Positions 20,392 through 30,567 of a DNA stretch of 64,000 nucleotides are shown piece by piece (within the stretch, counting starts at the first letter, position 1; each line of letters begins with the position of its first letter). The notes beneath the pieces were generated by a model. It saw only the letters and a list, made by a program, of their open reading frames with translations, searched no databases and was not told the origin of the DNA. A program made the translations under genes and the position numbers. Origin of the DNA: Calditrichia bacterium (GTDB lineage: Bacteria; Calditrichota; Calditrichia; RBG-13-44-9; J075); assembly GCA_050633245.1 (NCBI GenBank), contig JBOEGD010000015.1, positions 21,681 to 85,680 of the forward strand. The letters run 5' to 3'.

Positions 20392-20459
20392 CTTTAGAAG
20401 GTTAAAGACTTTAGAAGTTTAATAATTCTAAAGAACTAGAGATTCTAAAGTTTTAGAAG
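20392..20459. repeat. Octamer array CTTTAGAA x2 / TTCTAAAG x2 at a 17-bp period
   Basis: Copies start at 20392, 20409, 20426 and 20443 (last two inverted), plus TTTAGAAG at 20452. Confidence 0.6.
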
Positions 20460-20676
20460 CTTGGAACGTTCTCGAATTATAGGATAAAAAGCTATTCAGG
20501 AAAATCGCAAGATTAAGTGGCTAATTTCATCGCGGTATATAAAACAGCCCCAAAAGAGGTGCTAACTACTAAAGCTTTTAACATTAGCACCTTCGCGAAG
20601 TGTCAGGGTCAGCGGCACAAAAAAACCAAGAGAGATTTTAACCAGCACTAGGCATTATACAAACCCATTATTTAAT

Positions 20677-21831
20677 TCAGAACGAATTCGCACTCTCACG
20701 AAGCTCGGTCTGCACAGCCGACTCATCCATAATATTTGGCTGAAGCTCTTGTCCCATAACAAAATCCGGCTGATCGAAACTTGTAGCTGAACAGAAAGTC
20801 ATAACTTTCTGTTCAAGAAAATGATAGTTGCCGGTGTCGATATCGACAATAATAGTGCCTGATAACGAACCGGTTTCGATACGCCCCACGTAATATCTGT
20901 TTCCGGGCAAAAATTCTCCGCTCTTCAGAAAAGAATACACATAATCCTTTACCCTGCCCTCTCCATATTTGCCTTTAATCAAGCGCTTAGATGCGGTTTT
21001 ATTGTAATGATAGAGACCACCTTCTTTTCCACCTACCGAGGTAACCAGTTGCTCCAGATTCAGGCTGGAATTGCCGAATTGCTCATTGCGATAATTAATA
21101 AAAATGTTTTCAGATGGTATCTCAATATTTCCTCGCTCATCCTTGTAAAAGACATTCTCTACTTCCCCGGAGGCAATACTAATCTGCTTATAAGCAATTC
21201 TGCCGGCTTCATCAGAAAAGCTGTAGAATAGCGATTGTTCGTCCGGGCTGAGATAGAACGAAAGATAACATTCTTCATCGAGATTGCGAACGAGACTCAA
21301 CTTATCTTCAGCTATTGAATAAGAATAGAGGGCCGAACGATTCTCAGGGCTGTAGTTTTCTACCCATTTTTTATCGGCCATCAGATACAGGCGATTCGAC
21401 TCAGCATTCCACTGCAGTTTCTCTCCCCAAAATTGCCGGGATCGTCGGTCGCTATGCAATAAACTCCGGTTTAGAGGAGCAATAGTTGTTAGCTGCATTC
21501 CCGTATTATCGAGAAGAGTTATTCGCTGCGCATTATCATTGACTGCGACATATTGAGCATTTGGAGATACATATACGCTTCTTGAGTATCCGCGGGCAAG
21601 CTTCCCGTTCCAAACCGGCTGCTTACCCAAATCGAGAATGCCATCGCCATGGTAATAAAGTTTTTGATCGGAATAGTAATATATCGGTTTCGCAGCTTCG
21701 TAGGAAAAATTTGATGGTGCAAAGTTGATTAGCTCGGAATTGTTTTTATTAAACCTATTCCCCATAGATGTTAACAACCAGTAACAAGCGATCAGGAAGA
21801 CACAGATTAAGACAAGTTTTGTAAGAGACAT
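20677..21831 (-). CDS. Hypothetical exported beta-propeller-like protein
   Basis: N-terminal TM; VSPNAQYVA and LSPDEQSLFY PD40-like blades. Confidence 0.6.
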   Translation of the reverse strand: MSLTKLVLICVFLIACYWLLTSMGNRFNKNNSELINFAPSNFSYEAAKPIYYYSDQKLYYHGDGILDLGKQPVWNGKLARGYSRSVYVSPNAQYVAVNDNAQRITLLDNTGMQLTTIAPLNRSLLHSDRRSRQFWGEKLQWNAESNRLYLMADKKWVENYSPENRSALYSYSIAEDKLSLVRNLDEECYLSFYLSPDEQSLFYSFSDEAGRIAYKQISIASGEVENVFYKDERGNIEIPSENIFINYRNEQFGNSSLNLEQLVTSVGGKEGGLYHYNKTASKRLIKGKYGEGRVKDYVYSFLKSGEFLPGNRYYVGRIETGSLSGTIIVDIDTGNYHFLEQKVMTFCSATSFDQPDFVMGQELQPNIMDESAVQTELRESANSF

Positions 21832-21906
21832 GATTCCTTTTCCAACAGTTTTAGATGAATACACTTACTTTGCCGAAAGAGGTAAAAGTCTGAAAAGAAG
21901 ACAATT

Positions 21907-22413
21907 TTACTTTAGACTCTTCTTATATCTCTTCATCAGTTTAATCGCCCAGTCGTAATGGCTACAGGTATTGGAGATCAGATACTCACCAAGCGACGTG
22001 GAACCCGTCCACTTATATAACTTTTTGGTGAACAACTCTTCATCACTATGCTTTTCAGTTATCTCCCGTAGATGTTTAAACGAGGTGTTAATAAGAGTCG
22101 TTATTTCATCGAGCGAGGTTTCCAGGTACTGTTCGCGAATCCATTGGTTCAAGTCCGGCAGAGTTTTCCAGGTATACCCTTTTGCCGGCATATCCGGCTT
22201 TTCTCCGGCCATCCCAACTTCATACCAATCCAGCATCATCACATGCCAATGATGCAAATGTGACAGCATATCGCGAATATTATGCTGCATCGAAAGGTTC
22301 GGGAAATCCGCATTGCGCTCCTCATCTGAAAGCGAATTGATTAACTCGAATAACAGGGTATAGTTTTGTTTGCTACGTTCCAACAAATCTGCCTTGTTCT
22401 TAGGTCTGGGCAT
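21907..22413 (-). CDS. ClbS/DfsB family (DUF1706) four-helix bundle protein
   Basis: MPRPKNK.DLL, HLHHWH, P.KGYTWK, WTGSTSLG.Y..SNT.SHY.WA. Confidence 0.85.
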   Translation of the reverse strand: MPRPKNKADLLERSKQNYTLLFELINSLSDEERNADFPNLSMQHNIRDMLSHLHHWHVMMLDWYEVGMAGEKPDMPAKGYTWKTLPDLNQWIREQYLETSLDEITTLINTSFKHLREITEKHSDEELFTKKLYKWTGSTSLGEYLISNTCSHYDWAIKLMKRYKKSLK

Positions 22414-22530
22414 AGCCACTCCTTAAATGATTAACATCCACAAACTTTACACATCCGTGAATCTATCGTGATATTTTTAATCTACTTTTATTCTACCAAA
22501 GAATCCTGTTTTAATTAAGAGGCAAACTAG

Positions 22531-23670
22531 ATGAAATTTTCAAATAAATCCATTACAGGAACAGTGAAATATACTGTCTTTTATCGAATTTTCTGTTTTC
22601 TGCTGTTCCCAACCCTTCTTTTACTGCAGAGTTGTTCACAAGACCCTGCGAGCACATCGGAAGACATCACGATTAACCGCGTCGGTTATGGTGTTTCGGG
22701 CATACTATTCGAGAACAATTTGGTTATGTGGTATCGCGAGAATTCGGGAGAACGCACCGAACTGTTTTCGCAGATGTATATGACGCGCCTCGACGAAGCG
22801 GACTTTCCGGTATGGACAGATTTTCCGGATGAATTTCTTGTTTCCGGCGGCGTACCTCGCGATGGTATTCCAGCGCTGGTAAATCCGACCTTTGTAACAG
22901 CAAATGCCGCCGGTGCTTCTTATTTAAAGAGTATTGATTTGGTTCTTGGCGTAGAAATCAATGGTGAAGTTAAAGCCTATCCGCATAATATTCTGTGGTG
23001 GCATGAAGTCGTGAACGACCAGGTTGGCGGCAAAGACATTATAATGACTTTTTGCCCACTCACTGGCAGCGGAGTGCTTTTTGAAAAGCCGGTAAACGGC
23101 GATAGCGTTGGTGCATTTACTCCGCTACCGGTTATTGAAACAACCTGGAGCAACTGGCAGTCTCTTTATCCTGAAACAAAGGTAATTGCCGAGAACACAG
23201 GCATCGATCGCAACTATACTCGTTATCCCTATGGAGATTATCGCGCAGAAGACAGCTTTCCATTGTTTTCACTTCGCACCGGTTCAATTGATGAACGATT
23301 TCCGCCTAAACGCATGGTGCTTGGCCTGGTTGGAGAAACCGGGCAAAAAGCCTACCCGTTTTCCTCACTCGATTCTTCTGCTGTCGTAAATGACGAATTC
23401 GATGGCAAAAATGTACTTATCCTTTCAGACATTGATGAGCGGATGGCGCAACCCTACAGTCGAGATCTGAATGGACAGACTCTAACCTTCACCCAAACCG
23501 GAACCGCACCCTTTCAGATGACCGACGCCCAAACAGGTAGCACCTGGAATATTATTGGCGAGGCAACGGCAGGCTCACTGCAAGGACAGCGTCTGGAGCC
23601 GATCGCCGCTTACAACGCCTTCTGGTTTGCCTGGGCCGCCTTCTGGCCGGACACTGAGGTTTACGAATAG
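22531..23670 (+). CDS. DUF3179 domain lipoprotein with rearranged motif order
   Basis: Lipobox LQSC; GGVPRDGIPAL, KAYP..IL.WHEVVND, FCPLTGSG, AFWFAWAAFWP. Confidence 0.85.
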   Translation: MKFSNKSITGTVKYTVFYRIFCFLLFPTLLLLQSCSQDPASTSEDITINRVGYGVSGILFENNLVMWYRENSGERTELFSQMYMTRLDEADFPVWTDFPDEFLVSGGVPRDGIPALVNPTFVTANAAGASYLKSIDLVLGVEINGEVKAYPHNILWWHEVVNDQVGGKDIIMTFCPLTGSGVLFEKPVNGDSVGAFTPLPVIETTWSNWQSLYPETKVIAENTGIDRNYTRYPYGDYRAEDSFPLFSLRTGSIDERFPPKRMVLGLVGETGQKAYPFSSLDSSAVVNDEFDGKNVLILSDIDERMAQPYSRDLNGQTLTFTQTGTAPFQMTDAQTGSTWNIIGEATAGSLQGQRLEPIAAYNAFWFAWAAFWPDTEVYE

Positions 23671-24575
23671 TGTTGCAGAAAGACAACTTAACATTATTCC
23701 TATTGCTAAGCCTTTTCTCTACCTCATTGTTTGCGGGCGGCTGGACGCAACCCAAAGGTCAACTTTGGCTAAAGTCTTCGCTACTGTATCAATCTACAGA
23801 CAAGCGCTTCTGCCATGCTCAGGATGCAACGTCGCTAGCCTTCCAACAAATTGGATGCAACGAAGCTGGGCACAGCACTGCCTTTGATCCGTTTATCGGA
23901 GGCAAATTAACAGCAACGGGCTTATTTACTGAAGCAGCGTTTGGCATTACCGATCGCCTGGAAGCCGGACTACAAGTTCCGTGGTATCGACTGGAGTTTA
24001 CCAATTTCACTGATCCCGAGCGCTCCCCAACCAGCGGTATCGGAGATATTCGTCTGCGATTAAAGTGGCAAACCAGTGAGCTACCGGTTGTGTCCGCAAT
24101 TGAGCTAATCGTAAAGTCGCCGACCGGCGAATTCTCTGCAGATGCAGAAGTTGTTAATGTAAGTGAGGGTCAGTGGGATTATGAGATTCGCGGTGAGGTG
24201 AGTCGGTCATTTTGGCCGGTTCCACTCTATGTCGGAGTTGGCATTGGCTATCGCGTACGCACAGACAACGATAGCTTTGAGCAGTCTATTGGCAATGAGT
24301 TTTTACTTCGACTGGAGGCTGGCTATCAAATAGTGAAGAAGCTACAGATTAAAGCAGATGTCGATTGGTTGCGAGGTGCACGCCCAACGCTGTTTGCTAC
24401 CAAGCGGAGAGTCTTGTGGCGAAGGGAATTATTAACGGCATCACCGGTTCTGGTAATCGAGCCGATCAGGAATCTTCAAATAGAAACGGGGGTTCGTCTC
24501 TCGATTGCAGGAGAGGACTTCCCGGCAGGTTCACAATTACAGCTGGGTTTCCGCTATAGGCTGGCGGTTCACTAA
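23670..24575 (+). CDS. Outer-membrane beta-barrel/transporter-like protein, translationally coupled to the DUF3179 gene
   Basis: Signal peptide then GGWTQPKG; G.GDI..RLKW; C-terminal LGFRY. GTG start overlaps the upstream stop. Confidence 0.7.
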   Translation: MLQKDNLTLFLLLSLFSTSLFAGGWTQPKGQLWLKSSLLYQSTDKRFCHAQDATSLAFQQIGCNEAGHSTAFDPFIGGKLTATGLFTEAAFGITDRLEAGLQVPWYRLEFTNFTDPERSPTSGIGDIRLRLKWQTSELPVVSAIELIVKSPTGEFSADAEVVNVSEGQWDYEIRGEVSRSFWPVPLYVGVGIGYRVRTDNDSFEQSIGNEFLLRLEAGYQIVKKLQIKADVDWLRGARPTLFATKRRVLWRRELLTASPVLVIEPIRNLQIETGVRLSIAGEDFPAGSQLQLGFRYRLAVH

Positions 24576-24683
24576 AAAATTTGCCTTACACTGTAAAACC
24601 TCTCTAAAATGCTTCACGCTTTGTTTTCTGTTTGCCCATCGCTATGTTTTATCAGGCTCCCAAAAAAAGCAAGGAGAAAAACG

Positions 24684-25988
24684 ATGACTCTCAGGAATTC
24701 CTTTTTAACCTTAACTTTGCTGATAAGCGCAGCGTCAATGCTACTGGCTCAGACAACCGCAGTAGAACAGGCCATCATTCAAGCTACAATGTCTGGTAAC
24801 ACAACGCTACTGCATTCGCCGGAATACCACCGGTTATTTTCCGGCACAGACGAAGATATTTCACTTGCATACCTCTATAACAACTACGTTCTGGAAGAGG
24901 AATTTTGCGAAGCCTATGAAACGACGAACAATACATGGAACTCGGATAAACTAACGCAGTTCTCTTATACACAATCAGGAAAAATTGATACTATCTATAA
25001 AGAAAACTGGTGGAACAATACCTGGAATGCCTACAATCGCAGCGTCTTTTTTTATGACCCTGGCAACGGCAGGCTGCTTGAGAGTGTTTTCGAAAGCACG
25101 TTGGTTACCGGAAGCTGGCAAAATGTATCCCGCCAACAGCATTCCTATAATCAAGTCGGCCTGGATACTATCATAGTCAGGCAGGTATGGGGAAACCTGG
25201 GCTGGGAAAACCAAAGCCGGACGATCTATTCTTACGATCAACTGAATCGATTTGAAAAATTGACCTTCGACGTATGGAATGATTTCAGTAATTCGTGGGA
25301 CTTGTCTTCCCAGACACTCTATACCTTTGTCGGCTCCACAACCAACATAAGCGATTTTGTTGTTCAGAGTTGGGACAATGGCGTTTGGGACAACTTGGGC
25401 AAGACGAGTTACTTTTACAATTCCCAGAACCAGTTTGAAGAGATATTGAATCAGATCTGGGTAAGTGGTAACTGGTTTAACTCTACGCACTTCCTTTATT
25501 TCTACGATAACAATAACGATCTCAGTGAGGTTCAATACCAACAGTGGGATAATGTATCTACCTGGAATGATTTTATAAGGACCGTATATACCATCGATGG
25601 AAACGGTAATCAGGCCACATGGCAGGAAGATTTTTGGGTGAGTAATGCATGGATACCAAATCGCCGCTGTACAAACACTTGGCAGCTGGTGGTTACATCC
25701 ATTGAGGAGCCCGGCAGTACATTACCGTTTAATTTTGCTCTGCAAAATTATCCGAATCCCTTCAACCCGGCAACAACAATTCGCTTCACGTTGCCGACGA
25801 CTCAGAAAACCCGTCTTACAGTTTACAATACATTGGGGCAGGAAGTTGCGGTTCTGCTGGATGCTGTTAAGCAGGCCGGCACGCATGAGGTTCCGTTTCA
25901 GGCACAACAATTGAGCAGCGGAACATATTTCTACAAGCTACAGGCAGCTCAGGCAACACTCACCGGGACGATGCTGTTAATTAAGTAA
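24684..25988 (+). CDS. Secreted Trp/Asn-rich repeat protein with C-terminal sorting domain
   Basis: AAGGAG RBS; about 30-aa repeats W..N.W.N....Y.YD; C-terminal NYPNPFNPAT...SGTYFYKL. Confidence 0.8.
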   Translation: MTLRNSFLTLTLLISAASMLLAQTTAVEQAIIQATMSGNTTLLHSPEYHRLFSGTDEDISLAYLYNNYVLEEEFCEAYETTNNTWNSDKLTQFSYTQSGKIDTIYKENWWNNTWNAYNRSVFFYDPGNGRLLESVFESTLVTGSWQNVSRQQHSYNQVGLDTIIVRQVWGNLGWENQSRTIYSYDQLNRFEKLTFDVWNDFSNSWDLSSQTLYTFVGSTTNISDFVVQSWDNGVWDNLGKTSYFYNSQNQFEEILNQIWVSGNWFNSTHFLYFYDNNNDLSEVQYQQWDNVSTWNDFIRTVYTIDGNGNQATWQEDFWVSNAWIPNRRCTNTWQLVVTSIEEPGSTLPFNFALQNYPNPFNPATTIRFTLPTTQKTRLTVYNTLGQEVAVLLDAVKQAGTHEVPFQAQQLSSGTYFYKLQAAQATLTGTMLLIK

Positions 25989-26158
25989 AACCCGGGTTCA
26001 GCTATCGAATGTTTTTAGACTGGATGGCAAAAAAAGACTGCATCTAAGATGGTGTTTTGTTCTCGTGGTATCGTTGCCTTGGATAATCTATCTTCCCAGG
26101 CCATTTCAATGATGCAATCGATACCCGCTTTTTTCAGTTGAATATGCTTCAGAACCTG

Positions 26159-26809
26159 TTATCCTGCTGAAAACATAATGTGGCAAAGCCCGAACATAAA
26201 CACAGAGAATACCAATCCAGCCAGAAAAACATCATAAGCAGTGCGAATATATTTATAGCGGCGACTCAGATCCAAACCAAGATGATGAATATCTTTCTTG
26301 ATGGTAGAGTAAAGAAATTCGCGCTTCTGCATCATACGATCAACCGCCCACTCATAATCTGATTCAGACATTTTATAAAAGTCATCGAACGTCATTAATC
26401 TGGCCTGTCCCTGTTCCACTTGTTCCTTGGTAAATGCCCCCTTCTCAACGGTTGGTCGTGTAGCAAAGATTGCATAGGCCATCGAGATAAGGTTGGTAAG
26501 AATCATTGGGCCAATTGCCCAGAGTAAATGGGGATCGGTATCGAGCCGTGAATAAAGGCTTCCAAGAATGACTGAAATAATGATCGAATTGACCGTTACC
26601 AGAATATTAGACTTGGTATCAACGATCTGACGTCTTGTATAGAGATTGCGTGAGGTTACACGAAACCAGGTTTCGATCCCCTTCTCTGGCATCCCCTCAT
26701 ACTTCGAAAGCTTTTTCTTTAACTTTTTAACTTCTTCCTGGTCCGCACGAAAGGCTGTTGCCAAAACCTTTTCCTGGCTATTATCACTTTTTCCGGATTT
26801 TTTCTTCAT
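26159..26809 (-). CDS. Pycsar-effector-like (DUF5706) membrane protein, stand-alone
   Basis: GIETWFRVTSRN....D.KSNILVTVNSIIIS, ATRP, LG..LSRRYKYIR.AY..F; three TM segments. Confidence 0.75.
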   Translation of the reverse strand: MKKKSGKSDNSQEKVLATAFRADQEEVKKLKKKLSKYEGMPEKGIETWFRVTSRNLYTRRQIVDTKSNILVTVNSIIISVILGSLYSRLDTDPHLLWAIGPMILTNLISMAYAIFATRPTVEKGAFTKEQVEQGQARLMTFDDFYKMSESDYEWAVDRMMQKREFLYSTIKKDIHHLGLDLSRRYKYIRTAYDVFLAGLVFSVFMFGLCHIMFSAG

Positions 26810-26902
26810 AGAAGGCTTCCCAAGTTGTTTTAAACTCAGCATACAGCGAATAAATCTCTTACCAAATATCAACTAATTGGGGAACCTAGACAACCCATTT
26901 GA

Positions 26903-28591
26903 CTATTTCACAACTGGCATTGTGGTCTTCTGCCTTGCCAGCTGCAAATTCTTTTGATATAGATCAAATAGAACATCTCCATTTACCTTGGCAATTTCGA
27001 CAGCCTTGGAATAGTTTTGCAGCGCTTCAGAATAATTTTCAATCGCCATATAGTAGTCTCCCAGACTATCCCAGCTATTCGCGGCATGTGGTCTCTCGAG
27101 AGCATTCTTTTGAAAACACCTCAACGCCAAATCCAGGTAATTATCTTCAAGGAAATAATAGCCCATTTTATTGACAAAGAAAGGACGCAGACTTTTGCGC
27201 GCGAAAAACCGATCCATTACGAGATTCGCCCCGGCAGTATCTCCAGCATCCTGATGGATAAAAATGATGCCCATCATCGATCGATCCGAAGGTAAAACCT
27301 GATAGCCACAAAGATCTGATAAGCGTGAGAAGTATGCGTCCAGTGCTTTCAAGCCACCGTTCTCTTGAAAAACCTCCAGGGAGTTCCACTCTGGATAACC
27401 AGAAAGCCCATGCTGCTTAGTTAATCCATTGGCCACCCTGTGCAGCTGATAGATAAACTCCTGATCTCGTATCGGGCTAATGTTGGATAGAAAAATGATC
27501 GTCGTGCCGTCATCGAACAGAGAGATAGACGAACGATAACCAGACAACGCCCCACCATGCGTAATCATGCGTAGTGAAGTATTCCGCTCAATCAGATCAT
27601 TCCAATTATGCAACCAGCCATAGCAATAGCCATCCCGGTTTGGCGAAAGCATCTTTTTCATATTTGATTCAGAAAGCAGCGATCCATTTCTAATTGCCTC
27701 GCTCCATCTAAACAAATCACCAACAGTTGAGTGCATTCCACCTGTAGAGTATTTATTTGACTGATCGCGAAATGGCGCCGGAGTGATCGTACCACCATAC
27801 TTTTGGAATAACCATTCAATCCCCTCAGATTCTACATAACGATATCCTATGGCTACACTATCTTTTATAAAGGAGTTGTTGGCAAATCCTGTATCATGCA
27901 ATTTCAACGGCTCAGTAATATGAAATTTGAGTAACTCTGAAAATGACTTTCCAGAGACTTCCTCAAGAATTGAACCCAGAATTATATATCCCAAACTGCT
28001 ATAGGCATAGCCCTCTCCAGGCTGATATAAAAGGTGTGTTTTTCCGACCAGATCTGCAAGCTCATCTGGCGTATAAACTGAAGTAGAAAAGCTCTCTTCA
28101 TCTACACCTATTTCGATAAGTCCTTCATAATGAGGTAATCCGGAGGTATGGGAGAGCAGCTGATGAATCGAAATCCGGTCTCCGTACTCCGCAGGGAAGT
28201 TATCAAGATGCTTCGAAATAACATCACCCAAGGAAAGCAAACCCGATTCAACATGTTGCATAACCAGCATAGCAGTAAATTGCTTTGTTATCGACGCAAT
28301 TGGGAATCGAGTACCAACAGCGTTTTCTATTTTCTCAATCCGGTTAGAAAAGCCATAGGCCTTTTGAAATACAATTTCTCCGTTTTTCGCAACAAGGACA
28401 GCTCCGCTAAATGGACTGCTGATCTTGCGACTTTGGCCTTTTTCTGCATAGCTCTGCATCAGAGCATTAAGGTTTGTTTCTTGAGAACTGCATGCAGAAA
28501 GCAGGCAGAAAACAACTGTCAGACAAATAAATTTAGTGACGGTGATATTTCGGTAAGATTTGAATTTGGAACAAATCGCGTTTGAAATCAT
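26903..28591 (-). CDS. Serine hydrolase (class C beta-lactamase-like) lipoprotein with C-terminal TPR
   Basis: SITK (SxxK), LLSHTSGL, YSSLGY, HGG; TPR ANSWDSLGDYY; lipobox LSAC. Confidence 0.88.
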   Translation of the reverse strand: MISNAICSKFKSYRNITVTKFICLTVVFCLLSACSSQETNLNALMQSYAEKGQSRKISSPFSGAVLVAKNGEIVFQKAYGFSNRIEKIENAVGTRFPIASITKQFTAMLVMQHVESGLLSLGDVISKHLDNFPAEYGDRISIHQLLSHTSGLPHYEGLIEIGVDEESFSTSVYTPDELADLVGKTHLLYQPGEGYAYSSLGYIILGSILEEVSGKSFSELLKFHITEPLKLHDTGFANNSFIKDSVAIGYRYVESEGIEWLFQKYGGTITPAPFRDQSNKYSTGGMHSTVGDLFRWSEAIRNGSLLSESNMKKMLSPNRDGYCYGWLHNWNDLIERNTSLRMITHGGALSGYRSSISLFDDGTTIIFLSNISPIRDQEFIYQLHRVANGLTKQHGLSGYPEWNSLEVFQENGGLKALDAYFSRLSDLCGYQVLPSDRSMMGIIFIHQDAGDTAGANLVMDRFFARKSLRPFFVNKMGYYFLEDNYLDLALRCFQKNALERPHAANSWDSLGDYYMAIENYSEALQNYSKAVEIAKVNGDVLFDLYQKNLQLARQKTTMPVVK

Positions 28592-28668
28592 TGTTCAGAA
28601 GCTCCATTGTGTTGATATCAGAATATTGCTTTTGAACAAATCTATCGCAAATCACGCAAAATGATTGC

Positions 28669-28695
28669 GCCATTTCTATGTCATCTTTACGTCAT
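28669..28695 (-). promoter_or_regulatory. Three direct ATG(A/G)C repeats at 11-bp spacing, putative operator
   Basis: Minus strand ATGACgtaaag ATGACatagaa ATGGC between the regulator stop and the hydrolase start. Confidence 0.45.
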
Positions 28696-28704
28696 TCACT
28701 ACGC

Positions 28705-29319
28705 TTAGAGTAAATTGGGAACCATCGGAAATTCTGCGCACTCGGCATCATTTAGCTTAAGTGTCATCTTAACGAGCGCAAAAACGTTGACTGCCAACAT
28801 CAGCACATACATCATTAATACCGGATGAAACTGCCCCGGATTTGATGTACCAAGCAACAATGTCGCAATCCCGGGAGTAATAGCAACAAGCATAAACGTT
28901 ACGATTGTCCAGAGAATTTGAAAACTGATAATCACTCCACCAAGACGTCGGATGACTGCATTCTGCCGATTGCGATACCAGATAATGAACGGAATTAAAA
29001 TATTTGCAATCAGTGGAAGGACAAAGCAAAGTGAGGATAAGATCATCAGCTTTAATGGCATATAATTCAGATTGTGCTCATCTGGTCGATTCGCTTCGGT
29101 TTTCCCTGCTTCGGGAATAGTAAATGAACAACCCAGCGCATCTGCTAATGCCTTTACTGTAAAGGGTTGAGGACGAACCGCGCCTCGCTCTATTCGTTGA
29201 ATTGTCCGTAGTGAAATACCTGAATCTTCCGCCAGCATTTCCTGTGAAAGGTTCATTGCCTGTCGGGAATTAACAACCTGTTGAGCAAATAGCGTTCTTT
29301 GTTTCGGTTCACGCATCAT
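28705..29319 (-). CDS. XRE-family HTH regulator fused to a DUF4870-like membrane domain
   Basis: LSQEMLAEDSGISLRTIQRIE..P; C-terminal TMs with NIL.P.IIW and ISFQI. Confidence 0.8.
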   Translation of the reverse strand: MMREPKQRTLFAQQVVNSRQAMNLSQEMLAEDSGISLRTIQRIERGAVRPQPFTVKALADALGCSFTIPEAGKTEANRPDEHNLNYMPLKLMILSSLCFVLPLIANILIPFIIWYRNRQNAVIRRLGGVIISFQILWTIVTFMLVAITPGIATLLLGTSNPGQFHPVLMMYVLMLAVNVFALVKMTLKLNDAECAEFPMVPNLL

Positions 29320-29543
29320 ATCCTCACTTTCATTTTTATACTTACCATCAATTGGTATTCGTAAAAATACTGGGAAAGATTCGTGAAGACTGAATCGTCG
29401 AAAAAAATTAGTGTTTAGAATTAGAATAGAAGGTTAATATTTTGTCAGGCTGAGGAATCCATTCGTATGTAACCCGGCATTATAACTCGCGCTATCATCC
29501 GATAATTTGGTAAACATCCTAACCCGTGCATGGAGGAATAAAA

Positions 29544-30005
29544 ATGATATCCATTGTGAAAGTAACCAGCGCAGATTTAAGCGAAGTTGTCAAACTTGTG
29601 CAGCTTCTTCTAACTGAGCTTGGAGGAACAAATGCGGGCAGTAGCAGTGCCGATTCGAACTCTATTCTATCGAGAATGAATGCAGACGAGCTTGATCATA
29701 CAGCATTTCTTGCGCAAGACGTTGAGGGAAAATCTGTCGGCGTCATAACGGTGGTAGAGACATTTGCAATTTATGCGGGAGGGAAATACGGAATTATTAA
29801 CGAAATGTATGTTGCCCCAGAATACCGTTCACAGAACATTGGGCAACAGCTTATCGATGCCGTTAAGAATCTTGCACAAGAAAGAGGCTGGGCGAGAGTT
29901 GACGTAACGGCACCTCCTGAACAACAATGGAAGCGCTCAGTTCAATTCTATGAATCTAATGGCTTTGTATTTACCGGCCCAAAACTAAAGTTTAAGCTTA
30001 CATAG
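29544..30005 (+). CDS. GNAT family N-acetyltransferase
   Basis: EMYV.PEYRSQNIGQQL, FYESNGF; GGAGG RBS. Confidence 0.88.
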   Translation: MISIVKVTSADLSEVVKLVQLLLTELGGTNAGSSSADSNSILSRMNADELDHTAFLAQDVEGKSVGVITVVETFAIYAGGKYGIINEMYVAPEYRSQNIGQQLIDAVKNLAQERGWARVDVTAPPEQQWKRSVQFYESNGFVFTGPKLKFKLT

Positions 30006-30114
30006 GCTAGCCCAAAAGCCGAAAGGAATAACGCTATACCAAATTTCACACTTGATAGAAATATTCTCTTTAGCCACTATGATGATGTAAACAGCGCGGT
30101 AACAATAAATCGAA

Positions 30115-30567
30115 ATGAAAATAGGCCTTCAATTGAATCGCACTCCCCCCCGGAGCAAATCATTAATTGTCCTTCTAACCTGCCTCATTATATTCGTGGT
30201 AACGGCCTGCTTTGATTCAAACGATGAAGAAGAGTATCTCGCTGTCGTTGGAACATTTAACATTCCGGATAGTGTTGAGTTCGGCAACTTTATTCACATT
30301 AAGCTTTTCTCCACTGGTTTTAGCGGATGCTGGGAAAAGAGCTATGATAAAGTTTTACGTATCAGTGAAGGCTATCTGATTATTCCATATGACAAGATAT
30401 CAAATACATACGATGTATGTACAGATGCACTAACCAGTATTGAACATGAAATCTTCATCCGTCCTCAAAAGTTAGGTGTTTCCGAAATACATGTTCAATA
30501 TCGGCCGTTCATTTCTGAAAACGGCGAGTCACAAAAGACCTTTACCAAGGAAGTTATTGTCTACTAA
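30115..30567 (+). CDS. Hypothetical lipoprotein
   Basis: Lipobox VTAC; Cys pair GC...CTDAL. Confidence 0.6.
   Translation: MKIGLQLNRTPPRSKSLIVLLTCLIIFVVTACFDSNDEEEYLAVVGTFNIPDSVEFGNFIHIKLFSTGFSGCWEKSYDKVLRISEGYLIIPYDKISNTYDVCTDALTSIEHEIFIRPQKLGVSEIHVQYRPFISENGESQKTFTKEVIVY

Noticed and set aside
22531-23670. Selenocysteine in the DUF3179 protein
   Set aside because: No in-frame TGA; the motif is CPLT.
26159-26809. Complete Pycsar/CBASS defence system
   Set aside because: No cyclase or CD-NTase is adjacent; only the effector-like gene is present.
29202-29232. Additional TTGTCCG outside the island
   Set aside because: It lies inside a CDS and has no TATAA at the 18-nt spacing.
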